From the sequence record MZ501268.1: a stretch of 64,000 bases of DNA; one strand, 5' to 3'. This document shows positions 38,597-47,118 of the stretch, one piece after another. The notes beneath the pieces were generated by a model. The model saw only the letters and a program-made list of their open reading frames with translations. It was not told where the DNA came from and made no database searches. The first letter of the stretch is position 1. Every line of letters starts with the position of its first letter. The translations under genes were made by a program, and so were the position numbers.

Positions 38597-39903
38597 ATAT
38601 TCGTGATTATTTAATCATGGCCTTTAGGGCCGGGGCGTACAAGCAACGCCAATGGGTATTGAGTGTCATGAGTATCACCACGACTCCTGATGGGAAGTCC
38701 GTGGCAGACTCTATGATCCCTTACCAGGTTCACCGCATTGCCCAAGGTAGTGTCGTTGAGTGGTGCTACTGGGATGATTTTAATAAGACCTTTGTCCCAA
38801 TAGAAGGCGTGGATGTAAACTTCCCTCTGGTGCGTCCCGAGGATGAGTTTGCATTACACCCCGGAGACTTCGCCAATGTCGTGGAAGAAATTGTTACTAC
38901 TTTCGGTCGTATCCTGGCTAATCACTATTATTTTATTGATGTGGTTGGTGAACGTATTCCTTTCCAGAACGTAGAGTTCAACCGGGGAATGCTGGAGAAG
39001 ATCTACAAGGCTCGTGTGCTGGAAGATCCACAAGACTTGCGTCGCTCTGATCCGTTCTACATTACGGTAGAAGAGTTCAAGCGGTCTGTGGACAACGGCT
39101 ATGCGCTGGGTGGTCTGTCTAAACTCTGTGTGCCGACAGCTTGTCCAGAAACCATGTATCCGCCGAAGTTTATCATCGAGATGCGTGACCGTCTGTTTGA
39201 AGAACATAAAGACGAGCTCAACAACCCGGTGGTGATGGGGCGTATTCAGGATGAGTTGCTAAAGCACTACCGTGACTTCCTGATGTCGACGCCTTCTGCG
39301 AAGTTCTTCGTGATTAAGAAGACCATCGACCAGGCCTTCAACAACATGTTCCTGACCGGTGGTATCGCAGGCGCCTTTGGCGGCAACACAGTCATCACCA
39401 ACTCGCTGTATGAAGGCTGGAACCTGAAGAACTTCCCGGCATTAGTAAACGGCTCGATAGAAGCATCATTTGACCGCGGGGCTGCAACAGCGGACGGTGG
39501 TGAGAAAGTGAAGATGCTGATCCGTGCCACACAGAACATCCGTATCACTGATGATGACTGTGGAGCGAAGATTGGTGTGCCGTGGGTAATCGAGTCAGTC
39601 GGTAAAGAACGTTTCATCAATTCCTACGTCTTGGTGAAAGGTGAATCGATTCTGCTGACCCCAGAGAACATCGACAGCTTTGTTGGCAAGCCACTGATGG
39701 CCCGCTCACCGAACTTCTGTAAGAAATCACACGGTGACTCTTGCAGGTTCTGCGCCGGCGCACACAACGCCACTAACCCACGCGGGATGTCTTCCGGTAC
39801 CTCTAAGATCGGTTCTACTCTGATGTTGTTATCGATGAAAGCAATGCATAAAGGGTCAAAGATAGACTTAATCGAATACAGCATTGACGAGGTCTTCAAT
39901 TAA
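38593..39903 (+). CDS. Virion RNA polymerase beta' subunit fragment (phiKZ gp80-like)
   Basis: RGAATADGG, DDDCG and RSPNFC..SCRFC match beta' bridge-helix and Zn-site motifs. Confidence 0.85.
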   Translation: MNIRDYLIMAFRAGAYKQRQWVLSVMSITTTPDGKSVADSMIPYQVHRIAQGSVVEWCYWDDFNKTFVPIEGVDVNFPLVRPEDEFALHPGDFANVVEEIVTTFGRILANHYYFIDVVGERIPFQNVEFNRGMLEKIYKARVLEDPQDLRRSDPFYITVEEFKRSVDNGYALGGLSKLCVPTACPETMYPPKFIIEMRDRLFEEHKDELNNPVVMGRIQDELLKHYRDFLMSTPSAKFFVIKKTIDQAFNNMFLTGGIAGAFGGNTVITNSLYEGWNLKNFPALVNGSIEASFDRGAATADGGEKVKMLIRATQNIRITDDDCGAKIGVPWVIESVGKERFINSYVLVKGESILLTPENIDSFVGKPLMARSPNFCKKSHGDSCRFCAGAHNATNPRGMSSGTSKIGSTLMLLSMKAMHKGSKIDLIEYSIDEVFN

Positions 39904-39912
39904 CTATATCTG

Positions 39913-39930
39913 AAACCTACATTATCTAAA
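39913..39930 (+). promoter_or_regulatory. Promoter variant AAACCTACATTATC
   Basis: 14-mer identical to 17465-17478. Confidence 0.5.
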
Positions 39931-39941
39931 GGTAAATCAGC

Positions 39942-40595
39942 ATGTTAGAACTATTGATGGCGAGAGGGTTATCGGGCAAGGTCACCATCCCAGAAGCCGA
40001 TGCCAACACTTTGTTTAGGATGGTTGATTTCAAAACAACCTCTGACGTCAAGGATAAAGGCCCTAACACCATTGCGGTGACGCCTTCAGGAATGAAAGTT
40101 GGTACGGACGCTTTCGCCAGTTATATGTTGTTTGATGGTGCGGGATATTTCGGCATTGCTAACACCGCCCTGTTGGCACGGAACAACGTTGAACTTAACT
40201 TCATTATTGGATCAGTGACGTATGTTACCGCGAGCTATGGTGAAGCGATCTTTGATACCCGCCCTGTTAGCTCAAACGGTGATAACCTGTATCACCTGAT
40301 GGGATTGGATGTTGCCACTGCTGATCCCGCCAGGTTTTATCTCAGCTATCCATCGAATAAGGCGGTCTACTCGCCAGTAATGAATGTTAATGATGGTCCG
40401 GTATTGATTACAATAAGGATCACCACGACAGGGTCTTACCTATATATCAACGGTAAACTGATAGGCCAGCCGTCGACTACAGTCGGTGCCCTGCGAACCA
40501 ATAATTTAAAAGTTGGGTTAGGGGCGTTTAAAAGCGCCGGTGTTCCTAACTTTAGAGGACGGATGTACTATATGGACATAAAGGCGATCGTTTAG
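39942..40595 (+). CDS. LamG/ConA-like beta-sandwich protein with MLELL N-terminus, possible tail accessory
   Basis: VLITIRI..SYLYING..LKVG..FRGRM pattern typical of ConA-like folds. Confidence 0.6.
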   Translation: MLELLMARGLSGKVTIPEADANTLFRMVDFKTTSDVKDKGPNTIAVTPSGMKVGTDAFASYMLFDGAGYFGIANTALLARNNVELNFIIGSVTYVTASYGEAIFDTRPVSSNGDNLYHLMGLDVATADPARFYLSYPSNKAVYSPVMNVNDGPVLITIRITTTGSYLYINGKLIGQPSTTVGALRTNNLKVGLGAFKSAGVPNFRGRMYYMDIKAIV

Positions 40596-40621
40596 TCATT
40601 CCTCTGTACCCGAGATAATAA

Positions 40622-40819
40622 ATGACGACAAACCCTCAGTTCGTTTTCGTGGCACAGGTTTCTGATGCTACACACAGCGTAGAGAAACTGGAAGTTGAGC
40701 GTAATACCGATGCATTGGAGAACCTGTCCGTTCTTCGCAAAGGCGCGCCGTTCGACTTCTCGTTTATCATGTCTGAAGAAGCGATTTACCAACTTCGACA
40801 GGCAGGGCACATCAACTAG
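40622..40819 (+). CDS. Small hypothetical protein
   Basis: 65-aa ORF filling the gap. Confidence 0.6.
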   Translation: MTTNPQFVFVAQVSDATHSVEKLEVERNTDALENLSVLRKGAPFDFSFIMSEEAIYQLRQAGHIN

Positions 40820-40834
40820 ACTGCTGAGGTAGTA

Positions 40835-41254
40835 ATGACTGATAAATCGGAGATCTCACACGGTGGTGGTGATCAGCCTATGGAAAAAGAGCAAAGCAAC
40901 TTATCCGTACTGGTGAATTATTCCACAGGTGTGATGGAAGGTGACCGTTTTAGTTATTCGGTTGCATTGGCGCTGTTGAAAGACGGCATCAAAATCAAGC
41001 GCGAGGAATGGAGTAATGCCTTCCTGGTGTTTGTGCCGGGTACCCAGAATGTTGAACTACCCAAAGGGTCACCGTATGAAGTCGCACTCCACGGTAAGAA
41101 GTCCGTTGCCAATATTCGTCCTCATGTAGACCTATACACTGAGTATGGGGAATTTGAAGTCGGCTGGACACCTACTCAGCCAGACCTTCATGCACAAGAC
41201 TGGATGATTGTCTTAGACAAACCATCCGTCAATGAAGACGAAGATAACTCATAA
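40835..41254 (+). CDS. tad2: DUF2829 / Tad2-like nucleotide-sponge anti-defence protein
   Basis: F.Y..AL.LLK.G.KI.R.EW...GW.PTQ.DL.A.DW.IV matches the DUF2829/SPO1 Tad2 signature as recalled. Confidence 0.7.
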   Translation: MTDKSEISHGGGDQPMEKEQSNLSVLVNYSTGVMEGDRFSYSVALALLKDGIKIKREEWSNAFLVFVPGTQNVELPKGSPYEVALHGKKSVANIRPHVDLYTEYGEFEVGWTPTQPDLHAQDWMIVLDKPSVNEDEDNS

Positions 41255-41257
41255 TTC

Positions 41258-41288
41258 AAAGGAGGGCTTCGGCTCTCCTTTTATGCCC
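41258..41288 (+). terminator. Hairpin followed by TTATGCCC
   Basis: AAAGGAGGGC-TTCG-GCTCTCCTTT-TATGCCC. Confidence 0.75.
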
Positions 41289-41303
41289 ATTAAGGAATAC
41301 GTG

Positions 41304-41660
41304 ATGAACAAAGAATTTGATATCGTACTTGACACTCGTGGTGATCTTGCTGGCATGTACCAATTACTGGTTGCCCGGATCAACACCCTATTGCGGGCTG
41401 GGGTACTCTACCACGAGGTGGCAATTACGCAATGGTCACTCTACCATAAAGGGTTGTTGGTAAAAGGGGGTGACACAATTCATGCTTCCTTGTTACGTCA
41501 CTTCTATCACGATGTGACTACTAACACATTCGGTGGCGGGTTCATGACATTCGAGATCTTCGATGACATTGAGCGCTACTATCAGGTAGATGACCTGTAT
41601 GCCGGCTACAACATGGATGATCTGGAGTTGTCAATTACCGTGACCGTTACCGCACCTTAA
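41304..41660 (+). CDS. Tandem paralog A (VxITxW family)
   Basis: Start at ATG 41304; EVAITQWSLY. Confidence 0.7.
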   Translation: MNKEFDIVLDTRGDLAGMYQLLVARINTLLRAGVLYHEVAITQWSLYHKGLLVKGGDTIHASLLRHFYHDVTTNTFGGGFMTFEIFDDIERYYQVDDLYAGYNMDDLELSITVTVTAP

Positions 41661-41669
41661 GGGATTCCC

Positions 41670-42035
41670 ATGAAAGAACTCTTTAACATGAAGTTCGATA
41701 CCCGTGATGCGTCATTTACCGATCAACTGGATTTGCTGCAATCCCGTATCAAGAGCTTCTCTAAACGTGGCACAGCGATTAAGGATGTGGCGGTTACTAG
41801 TTGGCAGCTGTTTTCAAACAACATGGCGGTGGTCGGCGATGATACCACTTACGTCACCATCATCAGCAGCTACCAGTATGATGTTGAGCAGCAGTGTGTC
41901 GTTGGTGGTTCCAGTGCGGTAGATACTCTCAGAGCGATCTGGTCGGCATATGGCCCTGACTCGACACTCCCACGTTACGGGTCTGTGCCGGGCGCTATCG
42001 ACATTCAATACACAATTACTGTCTTTACTGTATAA
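41670..42035 (+). CDS. Tandem paralog B
   Basis: DVAVTSWQLF; N-terminal FDTR matches LDTR of paralog A. Confidence 0.7.
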   Translation: MKELFNMKFDTRDASFTDQLDLLQSRIKSFSKRGTAIKDVAVTSWQLFSNNMAVVGDDTTYVTIISSYQYDVEQQCVVGGSSAVDTLRAIWSAYGPDSTLPRYGSVPGAIDIQYTITVFTV

Positions 42036-42045
42036 AGGATTTGTT

Positions 42046-42432
42046 ATGTCACTTAGAGCAAAAGATTTCTATCTCCCGTTGACGTCTGCTGAGTCATTGG
42101 ATTTTAAACTAAATAAAGATACCTGGCAGGCTGATTGCACGGATATGCATAAACGCCTTACTGACAAGATGATCAGCCGGCGTATCCAGGCGGTGTATAT
42201 TACGGCCTGGGATCTGTTTGACGAACACGGTAAGATACGGGGTAGTCAGCAGAAACTGAAGCTTGATATCACTTCTTGGTTCGTCAGCCCGAAAGGTCCG
42301 ACTAACAACACAACCATTGATCCCGTCAGTTATGCGTTCCAGATCAATCAACATCCTAGCGTTCGCACTCCTTGGGTACGGGCATTGCAAATGAACATCA
42401 AACTTATCGTGATCTTTAATAAGGGAGAGTAA
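42046..42432 (+). CDS. Tandem paralog C
   Basis: Start at ATG 42046 (AAGGA SD); AVYITAWDLF. Confidence 0.7.
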   Translation: MSLRAKDFYLPLTSAESLDFKLNKDTWQADCTDMHKRLTDKMISRRIQAVYITAWDLFDEHGKIRGSQQKLKLDITSWFVSPKGPTNNTTIDPVSYAFQINQHPSVRTPWVRALQMNIKLIVIFNKGE

Positions 42433-42779
42433 TGGAAATTGAACACACGCTGGATCTTAGCCACGGCTGGGATCCGTTTAATCGGCTTAAAGCTTCCTTC
42501 GTAGCAGGTAAACGCCCAGAGGCCATTTACATTACTGCTTGGCAAGCCTACGGTTATAAAAGCAATCTCTTGGGAGAAGATAAAGTATTAAGAGGCGAGT
42601 GTAAAGAATGCCGGGTAGATATTACTCACATCTTTTTCCCTAGCCGTCCGGAAATACTGATCGGGTTATCCAGTTTCATTAACACCATTAACCGGGATAG
42701 TCATGTGCGTGTACCGGACTGGACCGGCTCGATCACCATGTGCTTTGAATTGATCTTAGATTATACAGATAAGATTTAA
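42432..42779 (+). CDS. Tandem paralog D
   Basis: AIYITAWQAY; TAATG coupling. Confidence 0.7.
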   Translation: MEIEHTLDLSHGWDPFNRLKASFVAGKRPEAIYITAWQAYGYKSNLLGEDKVLRGECKECRVDITHIFFPSRPEILIGLSSFINTINRDSHVRVPDWTGSITMCFELILDYTDKI

Positions 42780-42890
42780 TCGGCATATATTCTTGTCTCG
42801 TTAGCGTAAGCTCGCTAAAAAACCTTATTTAAAGTTTTGTATAACAAACTATCAATTATGTTTAAATAAACAGAAAGGAAATTAACCGAA

Positions 42891-43580
42891 ATGTTGCATG
42901 AAAACTTTGAAGCGATGATCACTAACATCAGCCAGCTGATTGATCAACTACCCTCTCATCGTTTACCATCATTGGTCGTGATTAAGGACGAAGCGTTTGT
43001 TGACTATAAGGGTGATCCAACGGTCATGGCAATCGCCGCACTGTTTACTCATCTGCCAGGGAGTACGTTTGATGTAACCTTTAACCAGGAACTGATCGAT
43101 GCGTTTAAACACAACAACATCGACGTGGTTAAACTGCCTTATGAGTACATTATTGGGTTGCGATCAAAGTCGATTAACCGTGAGGCAGGGCAGGTGTTCT
43201 GGTTATGCACTGACCCATGTCGCACACTTACACCGGAGTCCGTAGCGAGCATACGACATACTGTAGCTGACCTACGTAACCACAGTTCAAACTACCCAGC
43301 ATTCAACATTCTTCTGGATGGGTTTAGTTGGGATGATTTAATCAAACACATTATGACCGGTCGTTTAGATAATCCGCGTTTTCGTCTCTCTCGTATTGCT
43401 GAGTACGATTTCAAATTGACCTCTAAGACCCGTGAGTATTATGCCAGCACCGACCTACATAGTGCTATGTGGCCATACAGTGGTACGGCGAAATTCAACC
43501 CGGATGATTTCGTTAATAAGAAAAACTGGAGTCTCGCCCCGCCTGACAGCGCCCGCCCACTCATCGAGGTCTATGTTTAA
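42891..43580 (+). CDS. Hypothetical protein
   Basis: 229 aa, AAGGA SD. Confidence 0.7.
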   Translation: MLHENFEAMITNISQLIDQLPSHRLPSLVVIKDEAFVDYKGDPTVMAIAALFTHLPGSTFDVTFNQELIDAFKHNNIDVVKLPYEYIIGLRSKSINREAGQVFWLCTDPCRTLTPESVASIRHTVADLRNHSSNYPAFNILLDGFSWDDLIKHIMTGRLDNPRFRLSRIAEYDFKLTSKTREYYASTDLHSAMWPYSGTAKFNPDDFVNKKNWSLAPPDSARPLIEVYV

Positions 43581-43637
43581 ATGGACAAGCCCTCCAGATC
43601 GTATACTTGGTAACACGACTGATCCGGAGATTCCACC

Positions 43638-43949
43638 ATGGTAGACAATGACGATGTGGTGCCGATGCACTACAACCACAATGTGGACATGAATAACCCC
43701 CTCGATGTGGATGCAGAAGACTTGAAGGTGCGGTTCGCAGCCCGCTTCTTCAGTTTCCTGGCATTGACCGATGAGCTGAATAAGGATAAGTTAACCCTAA
43801 ACGACATCAGTGAGTTTACAGTCGGGATAGTCAACCTCATCTGTGACGAGATGAAAGACAACCCTAAACGCGATCTGTACAGGAGGCAAATGGTTGAGAG
43901 GCTTGAGCCGGTTCTGTCAAAACATCTGATTAAACAGTCGGAGGAATGA
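43638..43949 (+). CDS. Hypothetical protein
   Basis: 103 aa, GGAG SD. Confidence 0.65.
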   Translation: MVDNDDVVPMHYNHNVDMNNPLDVDAEDLKVRFAARFFSFLALTDELNKDKLTLNDISEFTVGIVNLICDEMKDNPKRDLYRRQMVERLEPVLSKHLIKQSEE

Positions 43950-43986
43950 CGGAACGTAATTAACATGCAGTAAAAGGATTACCATC

Positions 43987-44766
43987 ATGACATTCGAAAA
44001 AGAAGGGGACACGTTGCACGTCGTGCGACTGAGAACCAAAAGCTGTTATCACATGACGATAACCAGCGATCCCGATGCCAGCATGGATATTGTTAATACC
44101 AACTTGCGTCAGGGTACCTTCACGGACCCACATTTCCAACACCAGTACGATATCTGTAAAAAAGAGATGGGGCAAGACCCTAATCCAAATGACATTGTTT
44201 TTCACCAGTTCGTGCTCACCAAAGACCAGACGGGCTATTTAACCGGCCACTGGATGATTCGTGATCACATCCGTCAGCACTACTCCCTGAAGTCACTGAC
44301 TAACATTGGGGATTGGCTGTCTACGCCAGCGTATCTTTACTTGGTTGATCCTGAAGATAAAGAAGGGCTTGAGAAGAAATACAAAGTAACTGATCTGGGA
44401 AAATACTTCTACCAGGAAGGGCTGTTGGATGACTTCAGCACTACCTTACCGATGTATTATCTTCCAGGCGAGGACGGCGGGGACAGTTACGACGAGCTCA
44501 TCGAGACTCATCGACTTCCACAACCGGACCATGGTTACTCTTGTGTGGCGATTAAGAACGGGACGTCATTCAGTCTGTTAACGTACAATAACTCTAAGCG
44601 GGCGCTTTCTGCAGAGGAAGAACTTGAAACAACCAAAGTACCGGTTAAAGCGGATGGGTTACTGTACAGCTCAGTCTTGGAATTGGCAATGGCGAAGAAC
44701 GCACCAGTGTGGTTTGTTTTGGATATGTTAAAGTCCGAATCTGATAAGCACTGGCATTTCGTATAG
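43987..44766 (+). CDS. Hypothetical protein
   Basis: 259 aa, AAGGA SD. Confidence 0.75.
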   Translation: MTFEKEGDTLHVVRLRTKSCYHMTITSDPDASMDIVNTNLRQGTFTDPHFQHQYDICKKEMGQDPNPNDIVFHQFVLTKDQTGYLTGHWMIRDHIRQHYSLKSLTNIGDWLSTPAYLYLVDPEDKEGLEKKYKVTDLGKYFYQEGLLDDFSTTLPMYYLPGEDGGDSYDELIETHRLPQPDHGYSCVAIKNGTSFSLLTYNNSKRALSAEEELETTKVPVKADGLLYSSVLELAMAKNAPVWFVLDMLKSESDKHWHFV

Positions 44767-44864
44767 TCGGGCGGCTGTGGGGAATCCTATGCAATTGCAA
44801 AGTAAAGTGATCACGTAGGAATTAACCACGGCCAATCGTAAGCTGTATTATAAGGAGAGAGATT

Positions 44865-46409
44865 GTGAGTGAAGAAAACAAAAACATCGTAGAGAAGTAC
44901 GATGATCTGCCGAAAAATGCAGAAGCCGGTGACAAGTACACCGTGCGTGAAGACGCGATCGTTTATGAATTCCAGGACGACGGTTCTTGGAAAGACGTAG
45001 ACATCGACGAAGAAACAGATCAGCAGAACGAAGAGCAAGCACAGGCTGATGCCGATGCCTCAGCTCCTTCAACTGAAGAACAACCGGCAGCTTCTGAGGA
45101 AACTCAGCCGGAAGACGCTCAGTCTACTGATCCTGTTGAAGAGTCTACGCCAGCGGAAGAGACCCCAGCTGACAGCGACAAACCTGCAGACGAAAAGGAG
45201 GGTGATCATGCCAATGCGGCGGAACCTGAAAATGAGACTGCGTCGGAAGATCAGACTGACGAAGCAGGACAACCTGATGATTCTGCTGACAGTACCGACC
45301 CGGAGCCGGAAAGCGATGATGGCGTTAAAACGCAAGATTCGAAAGAGCAAGCTGATGTGCCGGAAGGCGTAGATCCAGAGCAAGCTCAACCTGAGAACCA
45401 ACCACTGGCTGTTGCTGAAGTTGAGCAGCCGTATGTGGGTCAGGAAGCCGTTCCGGTTGATCCTAACGCCGAGCAGTCTACTCCGGCAGCGCGTCCCGAT
45501 GAAAAGATCGCACAAGCTGAAGAAGAGAACGCCCAGGCTGAAGATGTTGCACGTGATCAGATTGCCGACGCTGGCGCTGATGCACAGGCTGCAACAACTG
45601 CTGAACCAACCGAAGCTGGCAAAGCCGCTGATGAAGCCAATAAACAGGCTGAAGAAGAAGGTCAAGCTACCGACGGCCAGCAGCCTAACAACGGTGCAGC
45701 TGATGATGTTGCTGAGGGTAAACCTAACAACGATCAGACCTACACCGAAGACCAGACCGCTGACAACACGCCAGCGCCTGAGATCGTGCAGCAGCAGGAG
45801 AACCACACTGCCGAGCCAGATCCGGTGGTAAGCCAGGAAGAGACTGCGGTTCAAAACGCAACTGACCCTGACCAACCAACGATCATTCCTCAGGAAGCGA
45901 AGTCAGAGTCACTGGCTCATCAGCCTGCTGATCCTACCCAGGAAACGGTGTTTGTTAAACAGGATGAAAACCTGGACCCTGAAGTGCGTGTGATCCAACA
46001 GCGCATTGAAGAGTACATCGCCAACATGGGTGCGAACGGCAAGCATGATCGTCGTGATGGTGCTAAGCATCAAGCGCGTCTGTACAAAGATCTGCATTCC
46101 ATCATGTCCCTTGAGCCGACCAAGTTCAAGCAAGCGATGGATTACCTGTTGAACCGTGTGTATGAAGAGCGCTCCGGTGCTTTCTCTGACACCTATACGC
46201 GTCGTTACTTCGACCAGCTGAGCCCGTCTCATCTGCAGACGGATCGTGTGCGTGAGTTCGATAACATCCTGTCTCTGATCACCACGGTTGGCCATTCTAA
46301 GAACCGTGCGCGTTCACTGGAACATATCGACCTGCAGCGTGCCCTGAAGAACATTCAGGATGCCGGTAAGCAACAGCGCATGGCAGCATACTTTGATGCA
46401 CTGCGTTAA
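44865..46409 (+). CDS. Protein with long acidic disordered region and helical C-terminal domain
   Basis: 514 aa, GTG start with AAGGAG SD; about 330 aa rich in E/D/Q/A/P. Confidence 0.8.
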   Translation: MSEENKNIVEKYDDLPKNAEAGDKYTVREDAIVYEFQDDGSWKDVDIDEETDQQNEEQAQADADASAPSTEEQPAASEETQPEDAQSTDPVEESTPAEETPADSDKPADEKEGDHANAAEPENETASEDQTDEAGQPDDSADSTDPEPESDDGVKTQDSKEQADVPEGVDPEQAQPENQPLAVAEVEQPYVGQEAVPVDPNAEQSTPAARPDEKIAQAEEENAQAEDVARDQIADAGADAQAATTAEPTEAGKAADEANKQAEEEGQATDGQQPNNGAADDVAEGKPNNDQTYTEDQTADNTPAPEIVQQQENHTAEPDPVVSQEETAVQNATDPDQPTIIPQEAKSESLAHQPADPTQETVFVKQDENLDPEVRVIQQRIEEYIANMGANGKHDRRDGAKHQARLYKDLHSIMSLEPTKFKQAMDYLLNRVYEERSGAFSDTYTRRYFDQLSPSHLQTDRVREFDNILSLITTVGHSKNRARSLEHIDLQRALKNIQDAGKQQRMAAYFDALR

Positions 46410-46422
46410 GTGATCTTTTGAT

Positions 46423-46476
46423 CCGCATAAGGAGAGGGCATTTGCCCTCTCCTGTTTATGCCGTCTTTTTTTTTTT
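46423..46476. terminator. Mirror-symmetric bidirectional terminator
   Basis: CCGCATAA-GGAGAGGGCA-TT-TGCCCTCTCC-TGTTTATGCCG plus a T tract, between convergent genes. Confidence 0.85.
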
Positions 46477-46978
46477 ATGTCAATATTCCGTTAAATGTCA
46501 CAGGGTCATTCCCAGCAAAAGGATTCCAGCGCATTACTGATCCTATCGTGTAGTCGTAGTAGATAAAGTCCAGACATTGACAGCCTGTATAGGTTGACCA
46601 CGATTTGGATAGATACCCATTACGGTCTAGCGCAATGTACGAGGTGCGGCTAGATAGTGCCGTGAACTTCATTAATACCTGAGGTTGTTTACTAAGGTTA
46701 TTTGTAAACACATCTAATGAAGGATGAGCGTGCCGAGCGATAGTGGCAAGCCAAGAGTCGTTAGTTAGCCATTCTTTATACGGCGTACCGTACATGTTTA
46801 GATCAGTAGTAATGGCAATATTAACGTACTTACCCGCATAAACGTTCATCGCCGTCCTGGCATCGGCAACCTTCGTGTACTTGGCGGTGTTTGCAGCTAG
46901 CCACGTTTGAAAATCTGCATAACTCATCTTGGTGCCAATATCTGTTCGCGCCCTCCCACCTAACATCATTTCTAACAT
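46475..46978 (-). CDS. MLEMM-type protein, possible tail accessory
   Basis: 167 aa, AAGGG SD; N-terminus resembles those of 39942 and 48057. Confidence 0.65.
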   Translation of the reverse strand: MLEMMLGGRARTDIGTKMSYADFQTWLAANTAKYTKVADARTAMNVYAGKYVNIAITTDLNMYGTPYKEWLTNDSWLATIARHAHPSLDVFTNNLSKQPQVLMKFTALSSRTSYIALDRNGYLSKSWSTYTGCQCLDFIYYDYTIGSVMRWNPFAGNDPVTFNGILT

Positions 46979-47118
46979 AAGTACGCCCTTGAGTTATTAG
47001 TGGTGCTATAAAATTACAGTCACCCCCCCCCTGCAAACTTTGCGCCAGTTTTGGTCGGCATAAGTGGAGCAGCTAAAGGGCCGCTCCGGTCCTGGTGTAA
47101 TTTCTTCATAACGGTCGT

